A program made the position numbers and the translations under genes. From the NCBI RefSeq assembly GCF_963921235.1, contig NC_086097.1:251784001-251848000 (forward strand): 64,000 nucleotides of DNA. The letters are read 5' to 3'. The stretch is from Mobula hypostoma. Lineage: Eukaryota. This document shows, piece after piece, positions 39,490 to 49,684 of this stretch (positions are counted from its first letter, which is position 1; the number at the start of each line of letters is the position of its first letter). Below the pieces are notes generated by a model. It saw only the letters and a program-made list of their open reading frames with translations, was not told the origin of the DNA and made no database searches.

Positions 39490-40066
39490 TAACAGCCAGG
39501 ATGTAAAGATGAGTCGTTATGAGGCATTGCTCAGACTGCACTTGGAGTATTGACAGCAGCCTTGGGCCCCTTATCTAAGAAAAGATGTGCTGACATTGGA
39601 GATGGTCCAGAGGAGAATTACGAGAATGTTGCCAGGATTAACATATGAGGAGCATTTAATGGCTCTAGGCCTGTACTCGCTGGAGTTTAGAAGAATGAGG
39701 GGAGATCTCATTGAAACCTATCGAATATTGAAAGGGCTAGATGGAGTGGATGTGGAGAGAATGTTTCCTATGGTGGGAGAGTCTAGAACCAGAAGACGCA
39801 GCCTCAGAACAGAGGGACGTCCACTAGAACAGAGATGAGGAGGAATTTCTGTAGCCAGAGAGTGGTTGAGTCTGCAGAATTCAATTGCTACAGACGGCCG
39901 TGAAGGCCGTGTCTTTGGGTATATTTAAAGCAGAGGTTGATAGGCTTTTGATTATGGAGAGAATAGGAAAATGCCAGAGGGAAAGAAAATAAATCAGCCA
40001 TGATGGAATGGTGGACCAGACTCGATGGGCTGAATGGCCTAATCCTGCTCCCATGTCTTATGGTCT
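39490..40066 (+). mobile_element. CR1 3' fragment immediately downstream of the exon C donor
   Basis: LLRLHLEY, LGLYSLEFRRMRGDLIETY, 3' UTR. Confidence 0.88.
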
Positions 40067-41093
40067 GAAGAAACTCTGCTACTATGTATTAAGGTTTTAT
40101 ACTGCCCTACAGATCAGGTTAGTATAGAGCCATGCTTCCCTCACTCTTCCCAGACAATGTGAAGCAGGTTCTAGCCTGGCACTTCCAAATTATTATTTTT
40201 TTGTCTCTTTTTGACTGATCAGCAGTTTGGAGCTAGAGAGAAGTAAATTCATCTGGGATTTATACTGTGGAATAATGCCCGCCAGAACTAAACTGAAATT
40301 AGTGTAAGAAGGCCAGCAAATGGTTTTGTATATAAATTACAGAAGTTATAAAGTAGTGTTTTTATAGTGTATTCTTTTCTAGGAAGGAGAGTGAAAAGAT
40401 GAGTGGTAATTGAGGGAAGACAAATGCCAAACTTGGCCATAAATAGTCATTCTTAGACAGAGATGAGGGAAGAATTTCTTCTGCCAGAGGATAGTGAATC
40501 TGTGGAATTCATTGCCACGGGCATCTATTGAGACCAAGTCATTGAGTGTATTTAAAGTGGAGGTTGATAGGTTCTTGATTAGTAATGGTGTCAAAGGTTA
40601 CAGGGAGGAAGCAAGGAGAATGGGTTTGAGAGGGATAATAAATCAGCCATGATCGAATAACGGAACAGACTCAATGGGCCAAATGGCCTAATTCCACTCC
40701 TATGTTTAACGGTCTTATGCTCAAACTGTAGAACTGTTAATATATTGTAAGTGGTGATTGAAACAAAAGTTATTCTTGAAATGAAAGTATTTATAAATAT
40801 GCCATGGGTCATGATATTCAATTACTTCAGAATTGTATGACTAGTTACATTTTAATTGAATAAAATTTTCTGGAACTAAGTCATCAAACTGCACAGCCTC
40901 TGTGTAGGGCACCATGGTGGCATGGGGGTATTACATTTCAGGGCATCTGAGCTTGGAGTCCAATTCTGGCATCCTCTGTAAGAAGTTTGTATGTTCTCCC
41001 CCTGACCGAGTGGGTTTCCCCCGGGTGCTCAGTTCCTTCCCACAGTCCAAAGACTTACCAGTGAGTAGGTTAATTGGTCAATGTAAATTGTCC

Positions 41094-41625
41094 TGATGGC
41101 TGAGGTCGACCATGGATGTTGCTGTCTACATAATATGCAAGTACAATATAGAGGGGAAGCTGATGCCCATGTAGCAAGCTCCCCCTCTCTACACATCTGA
41201 TGAACCCAAAAGAAAGCCAGAGACCAATACAGCTTGGTAGCAGCAGTGTTGTATGAGTTGCCAATCAGCATTGAACTCAACGTAGGACTGCCTTCGGTTT
41301 ACTCCTGAAGCCTTCCCCATGAGTGGGTATAGCCGCAAGGCAGCAGAGGTTTGAGATCAAAGCTTTCCTTCTCCAAGGTGTGCTGCCAACCATGGCTGAC
41401 GAGCCCCATTCTGCCTGAAACGACTGGGTTTAAGGCATCAATACCCTGCCTTTGTCCCTTCTCCTCTCAGTAGAAACGGTTCCACTGGGCTTAGTCGCTA
41501 AGCCACACATGAAGGTCAGGAACTGGACTTGGTTGTCAGAGGCTATATGAGGCGCATGCTATTGGAAGCATTTAAAAGGAACTTAACCCCACTACCTCCT
41601 TTTGCTATGACAACCTTAAGGAACC
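41094..41625 (-). mobile_element. Non-autonomous RTE-type 5'UTR-derived element, copy 2, nested in a V-SINE
   Basis: Interrupts AAATTGTCC|TGTGATTAGG; contains GGAGAAGGAAAGCTTTGATCTCAAACC, similar to RTE 5' regions; colinear with 13700-14176. Confidence 0.72.
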
Positions 41626-43347
41626 TGTGATTAGGCTGGATTTAAATAGGTGGGGTGCTGGGTGGCATGGCTCATTGAGATGAAACAGCCTGTTCCATGC
41701 TGTATATCTAAATAAAATAAAATTAAAATGGATGTTTCAGATGTTTACATTTGAAACATTAGTGTAAGTTCAAGATCAGTTACTACTCCTCATTCATCAG
41801 GCTCTTGAACCTGAGGGGATAACTTCACTCAACTTCACTTGCCCCATCACTGAACTGTTCCCGCAACCTATGGACTCACTTTCAAGGACCCTTCATCTCA
41901 TGTTCTCGATATTTATTCTTTAGTTATTTACAAAAATTGGCTGGGACTACAACTAGAGGTCATGGGTTAAGGGTGAAAGGTGAAACATTTAAGGGGAACT
42001 TTAGGGGGAACTTCTTCACTCAGACAGCCGTGAGAGTGTGGAATGAGCTGCCAGCACAAGTGGTGCATGCAAGCTCGATTTCAACACTGAAGGGAAGTTT
42101 GGATAGGTCTGTACATGGATGGTAGGGATATGGAGGGCTATGGTCCGGGTGCAAACTGGTGGGAGTAGGCAGTTTCAGTGTGGACTAGATGGGCTGAAGG
42201 GCATGTTTCTGTGCTGTAATCTTCTATGACTCTATTATTCTTTTTTGTACAGTTAGTTGTCTTTGCCCTAGTTGGGTGGTCTTTCATTTATTCTGGTATG
42301 GTTACTATTCTATAGATTTATTGAGTATGCCGACAAGAAAATGAACATCAGGGTTGTATATGATGACATATACAGTATGTACTTTGATAATAAATTTACC
42401 TTGAACTTTGATTGTAAAGTGAACATATTCAGATCCTGTTTGAAATGTTATGTCAAATTGTGGATCTGTTTATAATAGGGGTCTGGTGAGTGCAGCAATT
42501 TGATTAGAGAGGGATTCCGGAGATGTATGTGGAACGACCTCTTGTTAAAATCTCATCTGGGTTCCTTATTCAGGCTCTGTTCTAGCTGCTGTGATTTGAA
42601 TGTTGACACATCTGCAAGGGCTGAAAGTTATTTGTTTGTAAGATTTAAGGTTTTCATATTCATCAACAAAGACCAAAGATTTTGCCTTTTATTGCTGCCA
42701 ATCTGTCAAAGGCGAAGTGAAGTGAGTTTTCTTACAATGGTGACAAAGCCAGCAGTTGCTTTAATGATGGAAGATCCTCCTTTGATTATTTTCAGGGCAC
42801 TTTGAACTAGAAATGTCAACGTTGCCTCAGTTGGCTGTGCTTCATACATGTCCGAGTAAATGAGATTTGAGTTTTATAGAGAAGGCGATCTTGGAAAAGT
42901 ACATTTAATTAAACCTTATTACACCATTAAAAGGAATGCTTAATGAAGGATTACTCACGTCAAAGAAAAAAAATATTAAATTGTTCAAATTAAAGTGAAG
43001 TTCTGACATCAGCTAACTTTTTTAATTAGGTGGCATTTCAAATTTGCTGAAATATTTTCCTTATACTTTGAAACTTCCAAAGAGTTTGACAGTTTAGCTG
43101 AAGAGACATTAGATTTCATTTTAAAGTGCACTAATTTTTGCTGTTAAACAGTACGTTTGTTGCCAGCACCATGCTGATAGTGGTGTTTATCTCAAGCAGA
43201 TGCATAGTGAAATCTGTTTGAATTTAAAACATGGTGGATTCCGGTTAATTGGGACACATCAGGACCAGTACATTTTGGTCCAAGTCAGCAGCTGCTCTAA
43301 TTAGTCAAAGTTTTATGGAAATATTGAAAAGGGTATAAAAAAGTTTA

Positions 43348-43759
43348 TATATGGCTCAGAATGTTGGACAATATCTAGTAACATGAGGAAACAAATTATA
43401 GCAGCAGAGATGTGGTTTTTGAGGAGGATGCAAAGAATATCATGGACGAAATGAATATCTAATGAGGATGTCATGAACAAAGCAAACACAAAAAGAGAAA
43501 TAATGAATGCGATCATGAAAAGGCAACGTAACTTCATTGGACATATGATTAGGAAAGAGGAGTTAGAATGCATGGTAATTATGGGAAAGATTGAAGGGAA
43601 GAAAGCAAGAGGAAGACAAAGACAAATGATGATGGAGACAGCAGCCGGAGAATTGGAAATGAATACCAATGAATTGATCCACTTGACCCGAAACAGGAGT
43701 GTGTGGGCCATGGCAGTCAAAGCTCAAACTGGGCACGGCACCTGGTGATGATGATGATG
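43348..43759 (+). mobile_element. RTE-clade LINE 3' fragment
   Basis: YGSECWT, AAEMWFLRRM, FIGHMIRK, GKIEGKKARGRQR; (GAT)n tail; 13-bp TSD ATAAAAAAGTTTA at 43335-43347 and 43760-43772. Confidence 0.92.
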
Positions 43760-44329
43760 ATAAAAAAGTTTAACTGAGTAACAAATTATATACTTAAATG
43801 GAATACAGAATAAATTAGAACACTATCAATAGTACTACAGCACTATAAAACTGTGTATTAGTTCCTATGGTTATCGATGGAGGAATTCATCAGTGTACGC
43901 CGCCATGTTTTTTAAATTGACTGTAAATGAACAAATCAGCACAGACACCTAGTACAGATCTAGTACACCTAGTGACCTGATAGAGGTGTATAAGATGATG
44001 AGAGGCATTGATCGTGTGGATAGCCAGAGGCCTTTTCCCAGGGCTTGAAATGGCTAACATGAGGGTGTATAATTTTTAGGTGCTTGGAAGTAGGTACAGG
44101 GTGGATAAGTTTTCCACACAGGGTAGTGGTGTGTGGAATGCACTGCCAGCAACGGTGGTAGAGGTGGATACAATAGGGTCTTTTAAGAGACTCTTAGATA
44201 GGTACATGGAGCTTAGAGAAATAGAGGGCTATGAGGTAGGGAAATTCTAGGCAGTTTCTAGAGTAGGTTACATGGTCAGTAAAACACTGTGGGCCAAAGG
44301 GCCTGTAATCTGCTGTAGATTTCTATGTT

Positions 44330-45252
44330 CCATGTACCCTGAAACCTCATCATTAATAATGGACTCCAACATTTTTCCATCCACTGAAGTAAGGCTAACT
44401 GGCCTGTAATTTGTTTAAAGAGTGGAGTGACATATGCAGTTTTCCAGTCCTCGAGAACCATTCCAGAATCTAGTGATTCTTGAAAGATCATTACTAATTC
44501 ATCCACAATCTCTTCAGCTACCTCTCTCATCTGACTCAGGTGACTTAGCTACCTTGGGACCTTTCAGCTTCCCAGGTACCTTCTCCTGAGTAATTGCAGC
44601 TGCTCTCTCTCTTCTGCCTCTTCACACTCTCGAATTTCCTTAGTGAAAGCTGATGCAAAATATTTAAGTTCGTTTGCCACATATTTGTCCCCCTTTACCA
44701 CCTCTCCAGTGTCATTTCCAGTGGCTCAATATCCACTCTCACCTCTCCTTTAGTCTTTATATATCTGAAAAACTTCTTGAATCCTCTTCTATATTGTTGG
44801 CTAGCTTTATATTTAATTTTTTATGGCTTCTTTAGGTGCCTTCTGTTGGTTTTTAAAAGATTCCAAATACTTTAACTTCCCACTAATTTTTGCTTTATTA
44901 TATGGCTTCTCTTTTGCTTGTATACTATCCTCGACTTCCTCTGTCAGCCATAGTTGCCTCATTCTCCCTTTAGAATACTTCTTCATCTTTGGGATGTATC
45001 TATCCTGAGCCTTCCAAATTTTCCCCTAAACACCAGCCAATGCTGTTTTGCCATCATCCCTGCTAATGTCCTCTTCCAGTCAGCTTTGGCCAGCTCTTCT
45101 CTCATACCTCTGTAATTCCCTTTACTGCACGATAACACTGATACACCTGACTTTAGCTTCTCCTTCTCAAACTGCACAGTGAATTCTATCATATTATGAT
45201 CACTATCTCTTAAGGGCTCCTTTATCTTAAGCTCCTTAAACAAACCTGTTTC
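44330..45252 (-). mobile_element. Old CR1 fragment, host of the full-length CR1 (resumes at ~49694-49845)
   Basis: EPLRDSDHNMIEF, IFQESLDSGMVLEDWK. Confidence 0.85.
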
Positions 45253-45256
45253 ATTA

Positions 45257-45330
45257 GGCGGGACTGCGCAGGCGTGTGACGTCGGGCAGCGCAGCGCGGC
45301 AGATTTAAAAGGAACAGAGCCTCATAGAGC
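45257..45330 (+). promoter_or_regulatory. Putative internal promoter of the CR1
   Basis: CpG-rich head with TGCGCAGGCG (NRF1-like), TGACGTC (CRE-like) and TTTAAAA (TATA-like) motifs; function inferred. Confidence 0.4.
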
Positions 45331-45474
45331 GGGCAGCGTAGTTTGCGGGCGGCGGAGTGAGCCGGGAGCAGAGTGAAGACTTAAGGGCTTCGGCTCAACG
45401 GGCTTAGGCGGAAACGGGCGAGGCAAGGAAGGTTTGGCATTCATTTTCTGTTGTTATTTGAGGAGAGGGGCAGT

Positions 45475-46410
45475 ATGAGTGTGAGGACAGTTTGCTGTTC
45501 TCGGTGTCGGATGTGGGAGGCCCTGGAGTTTCCAAGCCTCCCGGACGTCTACATCTGCGCCAAGTGCATCGAGATGCAGCTCCTAAGGGACTGCGTTACG
45601 GAACTGGAGCTGCAGCTCGATGACCTTCGTCTGGTCAGGGAGAGTGAGGGGTTGATAGAGAGGAGTTGCAGGCAGGTGGTCACGCCGGGGCCACGGGAGG
45701 CAGACAAGTGGGTCACGGTTAGGAGGGGGAAGGGGAAGAGTCAGGTAATAGAGAGTACCCCGGTGGCTGTGCCTCTTGACAATAGGTACTCCTGTTTGAG
45801 TACTGTTGGGGGGGACAGCTTACCCGGGGGAAGCGACAGCGGCCGTGCCTCCGGCACAGAGTCTGGCCCTGTACCTCAGAAGGGTAGGGCAAGGAAGAGG
45901 AGGGCAGTTGTGATAGGGGACTCGAGAGTAAGGGGGTCAGATAGGCGATTCTGTGGACGCAGTCCAGAGACCCGGATGGTAGTTTGCCTCCCTGGTGCCA
46001 GGGTCCGGGATATTTCTGATCGTGTCCAAGATATCCTGAAGTGGGAGGGTGAGGAGCCAGAGGTCGTGGTACATATAGGTACCAATGACATAGGTAGGAA
46101 AAGGGATGAGGTCCTGAAAGGAGAATATAGGGAGCTAGGAAGGGAGTTGAGAAAAAGGACCGCAAAGGTAGTAATCTCGGGATTGCTGCCTGTGCCACGC
46201 GACAGTGAGAGTAGGAATGCGATGAGGTGGAGGATAAATACGTGGCTGAGGGATTGGAGCAGGGGGCAGGGATTCAAGTTTTTGGATCATTGGGACCTCT
46301 TTTGGCGCAGGCGTGACCTGTACAAAAAGGACGGGTTACACTTGAATCCTAGGGGGACCAATATCCTGGCAGGGAGATTAGCGGGGGCTACTGAGGTGAC
46401 TTTAAACTAG
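45475..46410 (+). CDS. CR1 ORF1p (zinc finger, coiled coil, SGNH esterase)
   Basis: CSRC..CAKC, heptad LLRDCVTELELQLDDL, GDS, HIGTND, DGLH. Confidence 0.93.
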   Translation: MSVRTVCCSRCRMWEALEFPSLPDVYICAKCIEMQLLRDCVTELELQLDDLRLVRESEGLIERSCRQVVTPGPREADKWVTVRRGKGKSQVIESTPVAVPLDNRYSCLSTVGGDSLPGGSDSGRASGTESGPVPQKGRARKRRAVVIGDSRVRGSDRRFCGRSPETRMVVCLPGARVRDISDRVQDILKWEGEEPEVVVHIGTNDIGRKRDEVLKGEYRELGRELRKRTAKVVISGLLPVPRDSESRNAMRWRINTWLRDWSRGQGFKFLDHWDLFWRRRDLYKKDGLHLNPRGTNILAGRLAGATEVTLN

Positions 46411-46415
46411 AATGG

Positions 46416-49400
46416 TTGGGGGGTGGGAATCAAATTAAAGAGGCTAGGCGTGAGGAGGTTAGTTCACAACAGGGGGATGGGAACCAGTGCAGAGAGACAG
46501 AGGGGTGTAAAGTGAGGGTAGAAGCAAAAAGTACTAAGGAGAAAAGTAAAAGTGGCAGGCCGACAAATCTAGGGCAAGCATTAAAAAGGGCCACTTTTCA
46601 ACATAATTGTACAAGGGCTAAGAGAGTTGTAAAAGAGCGCCTGAAGGCTTTGTGTGTCAATGCAAGGAGCATTCGTAATAAGGTGGATGAATTGAAAGTG
46701 CAGATTGTTATTAATGATTATGATATAGTTGGGATCACAGAGACATGGCTCCAGGGTGACCAGGGACGGGAGCTCAACGTTCAGGGATATTCAATATTCA
46801 GGAGGGATAGACATGAAGGAAGGGGAGGTGGCGTGGCGTTGCTGGTTAAAGAAGAGATTAACGCAATAGAAAGGAAGGACATAAGCCGGGAAGATGTGGA
46901 ATCAATATGGGTAGAGCTGCGTAACACTAAGGGGCAGAAAACGCTGGTGGGAGTTGTGTACAGGCCACCTAACAGTAGTAGTGAGGTCGAAGATGGTATT
47001 AAACAGGAAATTAGAAATGTGTGCAATAAAGGAACAGCAGTTATAATGGGTGACTTCAATCTACATGTAGATTGGTTGAACCAAATTGGTAAAGGTGCTG
47101 AGGAAGAGGATTTCTTGGAATGTATGCGGGATGGTTTTTTGAACCAACATGTCGAGGAACCAACTAGAGAGCAGGCTATTCTGGACTGGGTTTTGAGCAA
47201 TGAGGAAGGGTTAATTAGTGATCTTGTCGTGAGAGGCCCCTTGGGTAAGAGTGACCATAATATGGTGGAATTCTTCATTAAGATGGAGAGTGACATAGTT
47301 AATTCAGAAACAAAGGTTCTGAACTTAAAGAGGGGTAACTTTGAAGGTATGAGACGTGAATTAGCTAAGATAGACTGGCAAATGACACTTAAAGGATTGA
47401 CGGTGGATATGCAATGGCAAGCATTTAAAGGTTGCATGGATGAACTACAACAATTGTTCATCCCAGTTTGGCAAAAGAATAAATCAAGGAAGGCAGTGCA
47501 CCCGTGGCTGACAGGAGAAATTAGGGATAGTATCGATTCCAAAGAAGAAGCATACAAATTAGCCAGAGAAAGTGGCTCACCTGAGGACTGGGAGAAATTC
47601 AGAGTTCAGCAGAGGAGGACAAAGGGCTTAATTAGGAAGGGGAAAAAAGATTATGAGAGAAAACTGGCAGGGAACATAAAAACGGACTGTAAAAGCTTTT
47701 ATAGATATGTAAAAAGGAAAAGACTGGTAAAGACAAATGTAGGTCCCCTGCAGACAGAAACAGGTGAATTGATTATGGGGAGCAAGGACATGGCAGACCA
47801 ATTGAATAATTACTTTGGTTCTGTCTTCACTAAGGAGGACATAAATAATCTTCCAGAAATAGTAAGGGACAGAGGGTCCAGTGAGATGGAGGAACTGAGT
47901 GAAATACATGTTAGTAGGGAAGTGGTGTTAGGTAAATTGAAGGGATTGAAGGCAGATAAATCCCCAGGGCCAGATGGTCTGCATCCTAGCGTGCTTAAGG
48001 AAGTAGCCCAAGAAATAGTGGATGCATTAGTGATAATTTTTCAAAACTCGTTAGATTCTGGACTAGTTCCTGAGGATTGGAGGGTGGCGAATGTAACTTC
48101 ACTTTTTAAAAAAGGAGGGAGAGAGAAACCGGGGAATTATAGACCGGTTAGCCTAACATCGGTGGTGGGGAAACTGCTGGAGTCAGTTATCAAGGATGTG
48201 ATAACAGCACATTTGGAAAGCGGTGAAATGATCGGACAAAGTCAGCATGGATTTGTGAAAGGAAAATCATGTCTGACGAATCTCATAGAATTTTTTGAGG
48301 ATGTAACTAGTAGAGTGGATAGGGGAGAACCAGTGGATGTCGTATATTTGGATTTTCAAAAGGCTTTTGACAAGGTCCCACACAGGAGATTAGTGTGCAA
48401 ACTTAAAGCACACGGTATTGGGGGTCAGATATTGGTGTGGGTGGAGAATTGGTTAGCAGACAGGAAGCAAAGAGTGGGAATAAACGGGACCTTTTCAGAA
48501 TGGCAGGTGGTGACTAGTGGGGTACCACAAGGCTCAGTGCTGGGACCCCAGTTGTTTACAATATATATTAATGACTTGGATGAGGGAATTAAATGCAGCA
48601 TCTCCAAGTTTGCGGATGACACGAAGCTGGGTGGCAGTGTTAGCTGTGAGGAGGATGCTAAGAGGATGCAGGGTGACTTGGATAGGTTGGGTGAATGGGC
48701 AAATTCATGGCAGATGCAATTTAATGTGGATAAATGTGTAGTTATCCACTTTGGTGGCAAAAATAGGAAAACAGATTATTATCTGAATGGTGGCCGATTA
48801 GGAAAAGGGGAGGTGCAACGAGACCTGGGTGTCATTATACACCAGTCATTGAAAGTGGGCATGCAGGTACAGCAGGCGGTGAAAAAGGCGAATGGTATGC
48901 TGGCATTTATAGCGAGAGGATTCGAGTACAGGAGCAGGGAGGTACTACTGCAGTTGTACAAGGCCTTGGTGAGACCACACCTGGAGTATTGTGTGCAGTT
49001 TTGGTCCCCTAATCTGAGGAAAGACATCCTTGCCATAGAGGGAGTACAAAGAAGGTTCACCAGATTGATTCTTGGGATGGCAGGACTTTCATATGAAGAA
49101 AGACTGGATGAACTGGGCTTGTACTCGTTGGAATTTAGAAGATTGAGGGGGGATCTGATTGAAACGTATAAAATCCTAAAGGGATTGGACAGGCTAGATG
49201 CAGGAAGATTGTTCCCGATGTTGGGGAAGTCCAGAACGAGGGGCCACAGTTTGAGGATAGAGGGGAAGCCTTTTAGGACCGAGATTAGGAAAAACTTCTT
49301 CACACAGAGAGTGGTGAATCTGTGGAATTCTCTGCCACAGGAAACAGTTGAGGCCAGTTCATTGGCTATATTTAAGAGGGAGTTAGATATGGCCCTTGTG

Positions 49401-49448
49401 GCTATGGGGGTCAGAGGGTTTGGAGGGAAGGCTGGGGTGGGGTTCTGA
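46416..49448 (+). CDS. CR1 ORF2p (APE endonuclease + reverse transcriptase); true start uncertain
   Basis: 1010 open codons; NARS, ITETW, YRPP, GDFN, SDH, KSPGPDG, QHGF, LDFQKAFD, GVPQGS, FADD. Confidence 0.96.
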   Translation: MGGGNQIKEARREEVSSQQGDGNQCRETEGCKVRVEAKSTKEKSKSGRPTNLGQALKRATFQHNCTRAKRVVKERLKALCVNARSIRNKVDELKVQIVINDYDIVGITETWLQGDQGRELNVQGYSIFRRDRHEGRGGGVALLVKEEINAIERKDISREDVESIWVELRNTKGQKTLVGVVYRPPNSSSEVEDGIKQEIRNVCNKGTAVIMGDFNLHVDWLNQIGKGAEEEDFLECMRDGFLNQHVEEPTREQAILDWVLSNEEGLISDLVVRGPLGKSDHNMVEFFIKMESDIVNSETKVLNLKRGNFEGMRRELAKIDWQMTLKGLTVDMQWQAFKGCMDELQQLFIPVWQKNKSRKAVHPWLTGEIRDSIDSKEEAYKLARESGSPEDWEKFRVQQRRTKGLIRKGKKDYERKLAGNIKTDCKSFYRYVKRKRLVKTNVGPLQTETGELIMGSKDMADQLNNYFGSVFTKEDINNLPEIVRDRGSSEMEELSEIHVSREVVLGKLKGLKADKSPGPDGLHPSVLKEVAQEIVDALVIIFQNSLDSGLVPEDWRVANVTSLFKKGGREKPGNYRPVSLTSVVGKLLESVIKDVITAHLESGEMIGQSQHGFVKGKSCLTNLIEFFEDVTSRVDRGEPVDVVYLDFQKAFDKVPHRRLVCKLKAHGIGGQILVWVENWLADRKQRVGINGTFSEWQVVTSGVPQGSVLGPQLFTIYINDLDEGIKCSISKFADDTKLGGSVSCEEDAKRMQGDLDRLGEWANSWQMQFNVDKCVVIHFGGKNRKTDYYLNGGRLGKGEVQRDLGVIIHQSLKVGMQVQQAVKKANGMLAFIARGFEYRSREVLLQLYKALVRPHLEYCVQFWSPNLRKDILAIEGVQRRFTRLILGMAGLSYEERLDELGLYSLEFRRLRGDLIETYKILKGLDRLDAGRLFPMLGKSRTRGHSLRIEGKPFRTEIRKNFFTQRVVNLWNSLPQETVEASSLAIFKRELDMALVAMGVRGFGGKAGVGF

Positions 49449-49648
49449 GTTGGATGATCAGCCATGATCATAATAAATGGCGGTGCAGGCTCGAAGGGCC
49501 GAATGGCCTACTCCTGCATCTATTTTCTATGTTTCTATGTTTCTATTACACAACAACAGGAATTCTGCAGATGCTGGAAATTCAAGCAACACACATCAAA
49601 GTTGCTGGTGAACGCAGCAGGCCAGGCAGCATCTCTAGGAAGAGGTAT

Positions 49649-49684
49649 AGTCGACGTTTCAGGCCGAGACCCTTCGTCAGGACT
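49649..49684 (-). ncRNA. Minimal hammerhead in a solo Penelope terminal fragment (~49553-49692)
   Basis: Reverse complement AGTCCTGACGAAGGGTCTCGGCCTGAAACGTCGACT. Confidence 0.87.

Larger units (their letters stand above)
45257..49544 (+). mobile_element. Full-length CR1 LINE with both ORFs open
   Basis: GC-rich 5' UTR, ORF1, ORF2, 3' hairpin and (TTCTATGT)n tail; short ATTA duplication at 45253-45256 and 49545-49548. Confidence 0.97.
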
